This document shows, piece after piece, positions 13,022 to 25,900 of a DNA stretch of 64,000 bases; the stretch's first letter is position 1; each line of letters begins with the position of its first letter. Source of the stretch: Eledone cirrhosa. Its lineage: Eukaryota. Where the stretch lies: contig OZ024742.1 in NCBI GenBank assembly GCA_964016885.1, positions 223,386,001 through 223,450,000 on the forward strand, in the 5' to 3' direction. The notes under the pieces were generated by a model. It worked only from the letters and a program-made list of their open reading frames with translations. It was not told where the DNA came from and did not search any database. The position numbers and the translations under genes were made by a program.

Positions 13022-13172
13022 AAGTGGTAACACAACAGTTAGTTCACCATGCCGAGAACAATTGTTTCGCCTTAGTGGATCCTCAGTTCGTAAATCAGTT
13101 TTACGAGCTGAGGATCCGCTAAGGTGAAACAATTGTTCTCGGTATGGTGAACTAACTGTTGTGTTACCACTT
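13022..13172. repeat. 151-nt near-perfect hairpin (inverted pLTR-like)
   Basis: 73-nt arms with a 5-nt loop and 4 mismatches, directly after a (TA)n tract. Confidence 0.95.
13104..13141 (+). ncRNA. Minimal type-I hammerhead ribozyme (Penelope-type)
   Basis: cgag-CTGAGGA-tcc-gctaa-ggt-GAAA-caattg-TT-ctcg. Stem I cgag/ctcg, palindromic CAAUUG in place of stem III, predicted cleavage after 13137. A mirror copy lies on the minus strand in the left arm. Confidence 0.6.
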
Positions 13173-13250
13173 CTACCTAACTCGTCCCATGGACTGAGTG
13201 TTCTACCACTACGGATATTACCTTCCAGTGTTCTACCTCTCTCTCTTTCT

Positions 13251-13415
13251 CATCATCATCATTTTATGTTCGCTTTTCCCTGCTTGCAAGGGTGGGATGG
13301 GAACTGATTCTGGCTTGATTTCTACAGCTGGATGCCCTTCCTAACACCAATCTCATTTACAGTGAGTGCTGGGTGCTTTTTTGCCATGGCATCTCCATGA
13401 CTACTTTGCAGTGGA
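13251..13415 (-). mobile_element. Solo RTE 3' UTR fragment
   Basis: (CAT)n followed by 'ttctacagctggatgcccttcctaacaccaa..tcatttacagtgagtgctgggtgc'. Confidence 0.8.
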
Positions 13416-13584
13416 AAGATAGGGACACCAGTCCTATCATCTCATTTCTACAGCTGAGTAAACTGGGGAAATGGTTTGAATGTAGATTTATAGTTTGCAT
13501 TTGCTTGAGTTTGTGGATAGCATCGGATTGGTGTAGCTTTGTTTTCATTCAAGTCAAGGTAATTGATAGTCTTAGTTACATATA

Positions 13585-14013
13585 CAGTGATACCTCGCAG
13601 TACGAGTTTAATTCGTTCCAAGACCGAGCTCGTTTTATGATTTGCTCATTTTACAAATCAATTTTTACCTATTGAAATAAAATAAAATATAAATAATCCA
13701 TTCCAGCTCCCCAAAACCACCCAAAAATCATTTTTTATGGGTTTTCTCCCACAAATTATAATAAAAATAATAACAAAAAATGCACAAAACTAAAAAACTC
13801 TGGGAAAACACAATAGGGATGTTGCCAGAATGAGATAAACATGTGAACTGAGTGAGTGGAGACTGCGCTTGTTGGGAGAGCATGTGAAAACTCAGCGCCG
13901 ACTAGCGGTCACTTGTATGAAACTTGCTCGCACTGCAGATTTCCACTCGTACTACAAGACAAAAATTTGCTGTACGAAGCTTAGCAAATTACTCGTAGTG
14001 CAAGGTTCTATTG
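13585..14013. mobile_element. Tc1/mariner (Tigger/pogo-like) MITE
   Basis: TA|cagtgatacctcgcagtacgag ... ctcgtagtgcaaggttctattg|TA: imperfect TIRs with TA target site. Confidence 0.75.
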
Positions 14014-15171
14014 TATATGTATGTGTGTGAGTTTGTCCGTGTTTGTTTTTATGTTTGTATCAATGTTTATATCCTGTAACCTAGCAGTTCAACAAAAAAG
14101 AGACCAATAAAATAAGTACCAAACTGGAAAAAAAAAAAGTACTGGGGTTGATATAATCAACTCACTTCCTTCAAGGTCCTTCAAATTCCCTAGCATAGTC
14201 AGTGTCTAATGACTGAAACTAGTAAAAGAAATAATATACATGTATATGTAGTGTACTTGCAGATGAGAATAAAAAAATAAAATTTACAAACCTCTCTGCC
14301 CACCCCCTACACACTCACATATTCTGACCTGACTACAATAATGTAAGCAAAGCAACACACACACATATATATATATATATGTGTCAACATTTATTTTTAG
14401 GTTGCTAGGGGGTTAATTGTTTCAAGTGTACTAAATACACTGCAGTTGTTGCTAACTGACAATGTGTGCAGTAAGGGATTAAAGTTAACCACTAAACATT
14501 GCTGAGATGGTAGAGGTAGTGGTTAGTTATATGTTGTTACTTTGGTGACTAAATCACTGTGGTTAGTAAAGCTAACTCAATATTCTTAATCAACATCACT
14601 ATATCCCCCACCTCTCTTTCTCTTTGTGTGGTTCCTTACCACAATTCCTTTGTTATATATATATATATATATATATATAATTGCTTCCTTTTCGTTAAAC
14701 TCTAAATCCTGGTAGAGTCATGGGGGGGGGGGGGGTCACAATGACATACAGTGTTTCTTGGGCATTTTTTAAAACCAGGCAGAGTCCATCTCCTCTCCAA
14801 GTCCAAACACAACCGATTTCTTCCAGAGATATAGAGGGAAGTGATAGAGCAAAAGTAAGGGATATAGAGGAAGAATCAAGCCCCAGTACTGGACTGGTAT
14901 TTTTTTTATTGACCTCAAAAGGATGAAAGGTAAAGTTGACCATAGCAGGTTTTGAACTCAGAGAACAGAGAACAAATAGCACAAAGCATTCTAGCCAATG
15001 TTCTAACAACACTGGCAATTTGCCTATATATATATTTTTGAATAGGTACACCATATCTCTGTATTTCATAAGAAGTGACTAAAAGGGTTGGTATCAAGAA
15101 GGGCATCCAGCTGTAAAATATTGCCTCAAGAAGTCCAACATGGAAAAATTTATGTAAAAACAATATATATA

Positions 15172-15567
15172 TAAGCAGGAATGAAGTCAAGGTTGTTCTA
15201 TAAATGAATTTTATTGCATATTACAATTGTTTCGATATCAATCAGCTCAGGGTTCGATCATAATGTTCAGGGCCCAACTTTGCACCGACATCTCATCAGA
15301 TATGCTTTCAGATTTGGGCCCCAAAGATTATGATTGAACCCTGAGCTGATTGATTTTGAAGCAATTGTCTTATGCAATAAAGTACATTTATGGTGCAACC
15401 TTGACTTCATTCCTCCTTACTTGTATTTATACTTTGCACATAACAGCTGCCTTAACCCTAGCGTATACTGAAGTATAAAGCCTACATGAGATGGAACCTC
15501 ATAACAGCATTGAGTTCTTTAATCGACGAACTGCTTGTAACTATAGCTACATACACATCTACCATTT
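15172..15567. mobile_element. Non-autonomous Penelope-like fragment with inverted pLTR
   Basis: About 105-nt inverted arms (15172-15277 and 15314-15419), a hammerhead motif, and short TA runs on both sides. Confidence 0.6.
15216..15305 (-). ncRNA. Type-I hammerhead ribozyme with intact core
   Basis: Minus strand reads gcatat-CTGATGA-gatgtcgg...ttgatatc-GAAA-caattg-TA-atatgc. Perfect 6-bp stem I, stem II opened by canonical G-C, palindromic CAAUUG, GUA cleavage site. Confidence 0.78.
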
Positions 15568-17645
15568 ATATATATCTCCAGCCATGGGTCCTGAACCCAT
15601 GTTGGTGTCAGAAGGGAACTTTCTTTGGCACTGAACCCTTTTGATACCAAACCACTCATTTTATTTTACAAAGATGTTTGTTTTAAAATGTTTATATCTA
15701 TTTAAAAACCTTTCATCATAACTTTATGTAAGAACTTTTGCTAAGTTATGTTCCAAAATCTGATTAATAATGAAAAGTTTAGTTATTCTGCTAAATCCCT
15801 CCAAATTCTTGATTATTTTCAAAATTATTTAAAAATCATAGGAAGTGTCTCATTAGAAATATGCTAATAGCAGGGTTAAACCTGGTGGAGCCTATCTATT
15901 TTCAGGTCTAAACATAGCTAATTTCTGTGTGTGTGTGCGTGTGAGAGAGAGATGACTCTGCGGTATGTTGGGCAAGTGTCTTCTACTTGGATTGACCAAT
16001 GCCTTGTGATTGACATTTGGTAAACAGAAACTGCAGAAGCTCTTCATGTGTGTGTGTGCATGTGTGTATGTCTGTCTGTTTGTCTCTGTCTCCATGTACC
16101 TGTGTTTATGTCCCATAACTTAGTGGTTAATCAAAGATTAAGTACTGGGATCAATGTGATCGACTAAAATTCCTTGAAGGTGATGCGCCAGAATGGCTGC
16201 TGTCTATGAGAAAATGAGAAAACAATGTCATGTTGATGGTTGTTTGCTAGAAGGTCAAGGAGGATATGATGTAATAAAGGTTAGACCAGTTGTTAGGCCA
16301 GATCTAAATATTTATAAGATAAGAATTATAAACAACAGAGACAAAAAGAAGTAGAGCACCACTGTTACCACAACAAATGTGCAAATGATAGAAAATTGAA
16401 TATGAATGCTATATATATTATCAGTTTGCTAAAGCAGAGAGCATTGCAGGCCCCATGACAATCTTCATACTTATCATGTAGTCCTTTTTGAGGCAATGTT
16501 TGACAGCTGGATGTTCTCAGTTTAAACACTTTTAATCACTTCTTACGACATTCAGGGATATTGAGAACATATTCAATACAGAGAAGCATTTTAAGGTCAT
16601 TTATATGCTAAAGCAGGGGCTAGCCTTGCAGGGCTCCATGACAGGCTCCATCACAGAGTCCTTTTTAAGGCATTGTTTTACAACTTGATACCCTTCCTGG
16701 TGCCAACCCTTTTAGTTATCCCTTGCAGGGATACAGTGTACCTATTTTAAACCAGATACACAACAAAAGTTTTAAGCCTTCATCATGGGGTAATTTTTGG
16801 GGCAACATTTTATAGCCGGATGCTCTTTTCTGGGCTAACTCTTTTAGTCACCTCTTACAACACACAGGGATATTGTGTACTTACTCTAAACCGGATACGC
16901 ACAACTACAAAACTACAAAGACATTAAAAAGATATGATAGGTTAGTAATTTGGTGGCTAAAAACTAAACTAACACTTGAGACATAAATAGTGAGAATGAG
17001 AAAATCACTGAGTACTATTTATAACATTTTGTTTATAGTACATTCCTAATCAACTATAATTATAGTATAACAACACACACAGCACATATAGAAATAGGAG
17101 TAGAATACAGCATAGTACAATTATGGAGAAGTTATTTGTTTATTTTTTCATTTGTACACACAGTGTATGTGTCTGTAGGAGTTTTGTGTATATATGTATA
17201 AATAATGTCAATATCTATGTATGCATTTGACTCGTTTGATAACAAATCACCTGAAACCAAACCCCATAAGTTCATGTAAGAACATTTGTTAAGTTATGTT
17301 CCAAATACCAGCTTAATTCTTGATTTGAAAATCAGTGTTGCCAAAGTTGGGACATTCCTACAAATTTGGTACTATTTGCTCTTGATTTGACTTTTCTATA
17401 TATTTGGTACCATGTCCAGATTTTTTGGTACATTTTAGAGATTGTACTTGCTTTACAAATTTGGCTTAATTGATATTGTAAAATCACCATTTAATGACTT
17501 ACCATTTATCAGCTATAAGGACTTTTACATCGTGAAGCTACCCATTAAATGTATTTGCCCATCAGATCTTACTTGACATCAATAACTCTTCTGCGTAGTA
17601 TTTTAAATCAGTAGCCAACCCTCTTCTGTATTATACTGGTAGCCA

Positions 17646-17764
17646 ATAATTGTTTCTACTTTAGGCACAAGGCCAGCAATTACCCAGTGCATTACTGGTA
17701 CTTTATTTTATCGACCCCGTAAGGATGAAAGGCAAAGTCAACCGCGGCGGGATTTGAACTCAGA
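17646..17764 (-). mobile_element. tRNA-derived SINE (Meta-like), 5'-truncated
   Basis: Reverse complement of the 3' two-thirds of the SINE at 39593-39778. Confidence 0.85.
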
Positions 17765-18071
17765 TACTGGTAGACAATAATAAGCATTATTTGCTCACAA
17801 TTGATCAGTGGCAGTTTTACTTGAATAGATTTCACTGACAATATGCAAGGACATCTAAATATAGATGGATTAAGACGAATTCTTGGAAGACAATGATATC
17901 ATTTCAGTTTAACCCTTTAGCATTTAAACCAGCCATATCCAGCCAGAATTCTCTCACCTCTTTCTGATCAAACCGGCTGCTCATATCAATTTATTGGGGT
18001 TTGCATGATCAACTAAATCCCTTCAAGGCAGTGCCCCAGCATAGCTGCTGTCTAATGACTGAAAACAATAA

Positions 18072-18292
18072 CCCTTTAGCATTTCAACTGGCCATATCCG
18101 GCCAAAATTCTCTCACCCCTTTGTGTTTAAACTGGTTGTAATCAGCCACTCATACTGATGTTAAGGTATTGTTCTCAAAATAGATAATATCAAAATCTCA
18201 TAGATTTGATATTATGTGAGATAATTATGTGAGGTAAAGCCTTTACCATCAAAATACAACAGTAAATAGAGAGTAATGTGAATGCTAAAGGG
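18072..18292. mobile_element. piggyBac-like MITE
   Basis: TIRs ccctttagcatt / aatgctaaaggg with TTAA-type flanks. Related pieces near 17910, 34530-34590, 34780-34890, 42920-43110 and 52180-52375. Confidence 0.7.
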
Positions 18293-18299
18293 TTAAACT

Positions 18300-19140
18300 G
18301 TTGTGTCACTGTATGCAATGTGCTTTGGTGGAGTTATCTCTCAATATCTGAACGGTTTTGATTTTTTTGAGAAACATTTTGAATCCATCATGAGTAGAAA
18401 AAAAGTGAACATAGAATATCATTGATAGTGACAAAAATGATATCCCTCAAAAGAAAAGTTCCGTCAAAATTATTAAACAATGAGAAATTTTCATCATTGG
18501 AATTGAGTAAAAAGAACACAAGTAAAGGCTATTGTAAATTGTACAATTGTGTGATAGCTGGTAGCTTAAGTCAAATAGTACGGCATGATCGGTCCCCGTG
18601 CTTTCAATGATTTATTGTCTAAGCTAAATTCAGCAAAATTCTCCTTTTTTTTGTAGATGAAACAATGGATATTTCTACCAACAAGCAACTTGTTCAAGTA
18701 GCTTTAGAGCTAACTAATGATATTAAAGGTAAACTAAAACTGATAATACCATTGGCAATGAAATGTTCCAGCCTTGTGCATCAAGACCAATATCAACAAA
18801 TGGAGAATGGAAGGAATTGATTCTGCAAGATGCATCTATTAATGTAAAAATGAGCCTGAGAAATGTGGTGACATATATCGCTATCCATTACTATCTAAAT
18901 TGTTTCATTGTTACATTTTTCAGTAGCTGCAGAAAGAGTTTTTTTCCTTTCTCAATAGCATAAAAACATCAACATTAAATGTCCTGCTAAGATCAAAGTC
19001 TCTGCTGCAAAATGCTGGATCGACAATTGTGGATCCACAACTGCAACTTTGTCTCAAACTAGCAAGAAAAGTGTGGAAGAAGACAATTCTTTTTAATTAA
19101 AATATATAAAGTAAATGTAAAATATTTTCTGTTTTTAACA
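18300..19140 (+). pseudogene. Decayed hAT transposase
   Basis: VDETMDISTNKQL (18653-18691) matches the first catalytic-Asp motif. YPLLSKLF...AAERVFS.LNSIKT near 18880-18970 matches the hAT dimerisation motif. Internal deletions and stops. Confidence 0.7.
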
Positions 19141-19151
19141 TTTGTGGAATT

Positions 19152-19430
19152 TCATCATCATCATCACCGTTTAACATCCATTTTTCCACGCTAGCATGAG
19201 TTAGGCAAATTGTCCCATTGTGAGACAAGTCAGATCAGATGACCATGTCTTGCTCATGCAGAACTGTTTCTGGCCTGGTTTCTATGACTGGATGACCTTC
19301 CTAACGCCAATCACATTTACAGTATGTACTGGGTGTTAAAGAGTTGTAACACCTACATGACCACTTAGTAGTGTTGGCTGGGTACTTTTTGTTGTGTCAC
19401 CAAAATGGCCACTTTACAGTGTGGGCTGGG
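19152..19430 (-). mobile_element. Solo RTE 3' UTR fragment
   Basis: (CAT)n plus a collinear match to the RTE family B 3' UTR. Confidence 0.8.
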
Positions 19431-19529
19431 ATGGGGGAGGTGTATGAATGTAGAGAGATGAATGTAGAGTGAGGATTGAAGAGGTAGGTCTAGGTTAGGG
19501 ATTTAGCTGGTGAAGGGTAGAATGTTAGA

Positions 19530-19830
19530 ACGTGGATGACAGATGGAGTGTTAGGACATGGATGAAGGATGGAGTGTTAGGGCTTGGATTGAAGGATGGA
19601 GTGTTAGGGCTTGGATTGAAGGATGGAGTGTTAGGGCTTGGATTGAAGGATGGAGTGTTAGGGCTTGGATTGAAGGATGGAGTTTTAGGACATAGGTGAA
19701 GGATGGAGTTTTAGGATGTGGTGTTAGGACGTGGATGAAAAGTGGAGTGTTAGGACGTGAATGAAGGATGGGGTGTTAGGATGTGGTGTTAGGACGTGGA
19801 TAAAAGGTGGAGTGTAAGGACGTGGTATGG
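19530..19830. repeat. 27-bp G-rich minisatellite
   Basis: Unit gaaggatggagtgttagggcttggatt; four perfect central copies with diverged flanks. Confidence 0.9.
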
Positions 19831-19919
19831 AAGGCGTTTAAATGGATTTGGTACATTTTTGTATATTTTGATACTTTTTTTGAGAAAAATGTTTGGGCAG
19901 CCCTGGTTGTACTTTGCAT

Positions 19920-22900
19920 AAATATGTTGACACACAAGTGATGCATGTGTACCAACATATTAATGTGTGTGTTAACATATTGGGGTGTGTTAACATTAAT
20001 GTGTGTGTTGTGTGTCAACATATTTATGTGTGTCAATATATTAATGTATGTGTCAACATATTAATGTGTGTGTGTGTGTTGTGCATCAACATAATGCATG
20101 TGTGTCAACATATTAATATGTGTGTCAACATAATGTATGTGTCAACATATTAATATGTGTGTCAACATAATGTATGTGTCAACATATCAATATGTGTGTC
20201 AACATATTAATGTATGTCATCATCATCATCACCGTTTTACGTCCGTTCTTCCACGCTAGCATGGGTTAGACGGGTTGTCCTGTTGTGGGCAGTGTCTGGT
20301 CGGCTGACCATGCCTTGCTCATACAGGAACTGATTCTGGCTCGATTTCTACAGCTGGATGCCCTTCCTAACACCAACCTCATTTACAGTGAGTGCTGGGT
20401 GCTTTTCCGTGGCGCCTACACGTCCACTTTACAGTGTGGGCTGGGTGCTTTTTTGCCGTGGCACCTCCACGACCACCTTGCAGTGGGAGGGTGTGGGGGC
20501 ATATTGTCTATATGCTTCAGCTTGTACCCATGGGAGGTCGCGTACTCTGTATTACTGCATGACGCCAGGACCTTAGTCTTTGTCATGTTGACTTTGAGAC
20601 CCTTTCTTTCTAGTCCCTGCTACCAAGTTTGGAATTTATTCTCTAGTTCTATCATAGATTCAGCTATAAGTGCGAGGTCATCAGCATACAGGAGTTCCCA
20701 TGGGCATCCGGTCTTAAACTCCTCCGTTATTGCCTGCAGGACTATGATGAACAGGAGAGGGCTAAGAACAGAGCCCTGGTGGACCCCAACCTGTACGCTA
20801 AATTCCTCGCTATACTCATATGTGGTCAATATATTAATGTATGTGTCAATATATTAATGTGTGTGGTCAATACATTAATGTGTGTGGTCAATATATTAAT
20901 GTGTGGTCAATATATTAATGTGTGGTCAATATATTAATGTGTGTGGTCAATATATTAATGTGTGTGGTCAATATATTAATGTGTGTGTCAATATATTAAT
21001 GTGTGGTCAATATATTAATGTGTGGTCAATATATTAATGTGTGGTCAATATATTAATGTGTGGTCAATATATTAATGTGTGTGGTCAATATATTAATGTG
21101 TGTGTGTCAATATATTAATGTGTGGTCAATATATTAATGTGTGGTCAATATATTAATGTGTGTGGTCAATATATTAATGCGTGTGTCAATATATTAATGT
21201 ATGTGTGTCAATATATTAATGTGTGTGTCAATATATTAATGTGTGTGTCAATATATTAATGTGTGTGTCAATATATTAATGTGTGTGGTCAATATATTAA
21301 TGTGTGTGTCAATATATTAATGTGTGTGGTCAATATATTAATGTGTGTGGTCAATATATTAATGTGTGTGTCAATATATTAATGTGTGTGGTCAATATAT
21401 TAATGTGTGGTCAATATATTAATGTGTGGTCAATATATTAATGTGTGGTCAATATATTAATGTGTGTGGTCAATATATTAATGTGTGTGTCAATATATTA
21501 ATGTGTGTGTCAATATATTAATGTGTGTGTCAATATATTAATGTGTGTGGTCAATATATTAATGTGTGTGTCAATATATTAATGTGTGTGGTCAATATAT
21601 TAATGTGTGTGTCAATATATTAATGTGTGTGGTCAATATATTAATGTGTGGTCAATATATTAATGTGTGGTCAATATATTAATGTGTGGTCAATATATTA
21701 ATGTGTGTGGTCAATATATTAATGTGTGGTCAATATATTGTGTGTGGTCAATATATTAATGTGTGGTCAATATATTAATCTGTGTGTCAATATATTAATG
21801 TGTGTGGTCAATATATTACTGTGTGGTCAATATATTAATGTGTGTGGTCAATATATTAATCTGTGCCAATATATTAATGTGAGTGGTCAATATATTAATC
21901 TGTGTGTCAATATATTAATGTGTGTGGTCAATATATTAATGCGTGTGTCAATATATTAATGTATGTGTGTCAATATATTAATGTGTGTGTCAATATATTA
22001 ATGTGTGTGTCAATATATTAATGTGTGTGTCAATATATTGTGTGTGGTCAATATATTAATGTGTGTGTCAATATATTAATGTGTGTGGTCAATATATTAA
22101 TGTGTGTGGTCAATATATTAATGTGTGTGGTCAATATATTAATGTGTGTGGTCAATATATTAATGTGTGGTCAATATATTAATGTGTGGTCAATATATTA
22201 ATGTATGGTCAATATATTAATGTGTGGTCAATATATTAATGTGTGGTCAATATATTAATGTGTGTGGTCAATATATTAATGTGTGGTCAATATATTAATG
22301 TGTGTGTCAATATATTAATGTGTGGTCAATATATTAATGTGTGGTCAATATATTAATGTGTGGTCAATATATTAATGTGTGTGGTCAATATATTAATGTG
22401 TGGTCAATATATTAATGTGTGGTCAATATATTAATGTGTGTGGTCAATATATTAATGTGTGTGGTCAATATAGTGTGTGTGGTCAATATATTAATATGTG
22501 TGTCAATATATTAATGTGTGTGCCAACATATTAATGTGTGTGGTCAATATATTAATGTGTGTGTCAATATATTAATGTGTGTGGTCAACATATTAATGTG
22601 TGTGGTCAATATATTAATGTGTGTGTCAATATATTAATGTGTGTGATCAATATATTAATGTGTGTGGTCAATATATTAATGTGTGTGGTCAATATATTAA
22701 TGTGTGTGGTCAATATATTAATGTGTGGTCAATATATTAATGTGTGTGTCAATATATTAATGTGTGGTCAATATATTAATGTGTGGTCAATATATTAATG
22801 TGTGTGGTCAATATATTAATGTGTGTGGTGAATATAGTGTGTGTGGTCAATATATTAATGTGTGGTCAATATATTAATGTGTGTGGTCAATATATTAATG

Positions 22901-25900
22901 TGTGTGTCAATATATTGTGTGTGGTCAATATATTAATGTGTGTGTCAATATATTAATGTGTGTGGTCAATATATTAATGTGTGGTCAATATATTAATGTG
23001 TGGTCAATATATTAATGTGTGTGGTCAATATATTAATGTGTGTGGTCAATATATTAATGTGTGTGGTCAATATATTAATGTGTGTGTCAATATATTAATG
23101 TGTGTGATCAATATATTAATGTGTGTGGTCAATATATTAATGTGTGTGGTCAATATATTAATGTGTGTGGTCAATATATTAATGTGTGGTCAATATATTA
23201 ATGTGTGTGTCAATATATTAATGTGTGGTCAATATATTAATGTGTGGTCAATATATTAATGTGTGTGGTCAATATATTAATGTGTGTGGTCAATATATTA
23301 ATGTGTGTGTCAATATATTGTGTGGTCAATATATTAATGTGTGTGTCAATATATTAATGTGTGTGGTCAATATATTAATGTGTGGTCAATATATTAATGT
23401 GTGTGGTCAATATATTAATGTGTGTGGTCAATATATTAATGTGTGTGGTCAATATAGTGTGTGTGGTCAATATATTAATATGTGTGTCAATATATTAATG
23501 TGTGTGCCAACATATTAATGTGTGTGGTCAATATATTAATGTGTGTGTCAATATATTAATGTGTGTGGTCAACATATTAATGTGTGTGGTCAATATATTA
23601 ATGTGTGTGTCAATATATTAATGTGTGTGATCAATATATTAATGTGTGTGGTCAATATATTAATGTGTGTGTCAATATATTAATGTGTGTGGTCAATATA
23701 TTAATGTGTGTGGTCAATATATTAATGTGTGTGTCAATATATTAATGTGTGTGGTCAATATATTAATGTGTGGTCAATATATTAATGTGTGGTCAATATA
23801 TTAATGTGTGGTCAATATATTAATGTGTGTGGTCAATATATTAATGTGTGTGTCAATATATTAATGTGTGTGTCAATATATTAATGTGTGTGTCAATATA
23901 TTAATGTGTGTGGTCAATATATTAATGTGTGTGTCAATATATTAATGTGTGTGGTCAATATATTAATGTGTGTGTCAATATATTAATGTGTGTGGTCAAT
24001 ATATTAATGTGTGGTCAATATATTAATGTGTGGTCAATATATTAATGTGTGGTCAATATATTAATGTGTGTGGTCAATATATTAATGTGTGGTCAATATA
24101 TTGTGTGTGGTCAATATATTAATGTGTGGTCAATATATTAATGTGTGTGTCAATATATTAATGTGTGTGGTCAATATATTACTGTGTGGTCAATATATTA
24201 ATGTGTGTGGTCAATATATTAATCTGTGCCAATATATTAATGTGAGTGGTCAATATATTAATCTGTGTGTCAATATATTAATGTGTGTGGTCAATATATT
24301 AATGCGTGTGTCAATATATTAATGTATGTGTGTCAATATATTAATGTGTGTGTCAATATATTAATGTGTGTGTCAATATATTAATGTGTGTGTCAATATA
24401 TTGTGTGTGGTCAATATATTAATGTGTGTGTCAATATATTAATGTGTGTGGTCAATATATTAATGTGTGTGGTCAATATATTAATGTGTGTGGTCAATAT
24501 ATTAATGTGTGTGGTCAATATATTAATGTGTGGTCAATATATTAATGTGTGGTCAATATATTAATGTATGGTCAATATATTAATGTGTGGTCAATATATT
24601 AATGTGTGGTCAATATATTAATGTGTGTGGTCAATATATTAATGTGTGGTCAATATATTAATGTGTGTGTCAATATATTAATGTGTGGTCAATATATTAA
24701 TGTGTGGTCAATATATTAATGTGTGGTCAATATATTAATGTGTGTGGTCAATATATTAATGTGTGGTCAATATATTAATGTGTGGTCAATATATTAATGT
24801 GTGTGGTCAATATATTAATGTGTGTGGTCAATATAGTGTGTGTGGTCAATATATTAATATGTGTGTCAATATATTAATGTGTGTGCCAACATATTAATGT
24901 GTGTGGTCAATATATTAATGTGTGTGTCAATATATTAATGTGTGTGGTCAACATATTAATGTGTGTGGTCAATATATTAATGTGTGTGTCAATATATTAA
25001 TGTGTGTGATCAATATATTAATGTGTGTGGTCAATATATTAATGTGTGTGGTCAATATATTAATGTGTGTGGTCAATATATTAATGTGTGGTCAATATAT
25101 TAATGTGTGTGTCAATATATTAATGTGTGGTCAATATATTAATGTGTGGTCAATATATTAATGTGTGTGGTCAATATATTAATGTGTGTGGTGAATATAG
25201 TGTGTGTGGTCAATATATTAATGTGTGGTCAATATATTAATGTGTGTGGTCAATATATTAATGTGTGTGTCAATATATTGTGTGTGGTCAATATATTAAT
25301 GTGTGTGTCAATATATTAATGTGTGTGGTCAATATATTAATGTGTGGTCAATATATTAATGTGTGGTCAATATATTAATGTGTGTGGTCAATATATTAAT
25401 GTGTGTGGTCAATATATTAATGTGTGTGGTCAATATATTAATGTGTGTGTCAATATATTAATGTGTGTGATCAATATATTAATGTGTGTGGTCAATATAT
25501 TAATGTGTGTGGTCAATATATTAATGTGTGTGGTCAATATATTAATGTGTGGTCAATATATTAATGTGTGTGTCAATATATTAATGTGTGGTCAATATAT
25601 TAATGTGTGGTCAATATATTAATGTGTGTGGTCAATATATTAATGTGTGTGGTCAATATATTAATGTGTGTGTCAATATATTGTGTGGTCAATATATTAA
25701 TGTGTGTGTCAATATATTAATGTGTGTGGTCAATATATTAATGTGTGGTCAATATATTAATGTGTGTGGTCAATATATTAATGTGTGTGGTCAATATATT
25801 AATGTGTGTGGTCAATATAGTGTGTGTGGTCAATATATTAATATGTGTGTCAATATATTAATGTGTGTGCCAACATATTAATGTGTGTGGTCAATATATT

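Noticed and set aside
19570-19680. Telomere-like TTAGGG in the 27-bp minisatellite
   Set aside because: Only one TTAGGG per unit and no tandem telomeric array.
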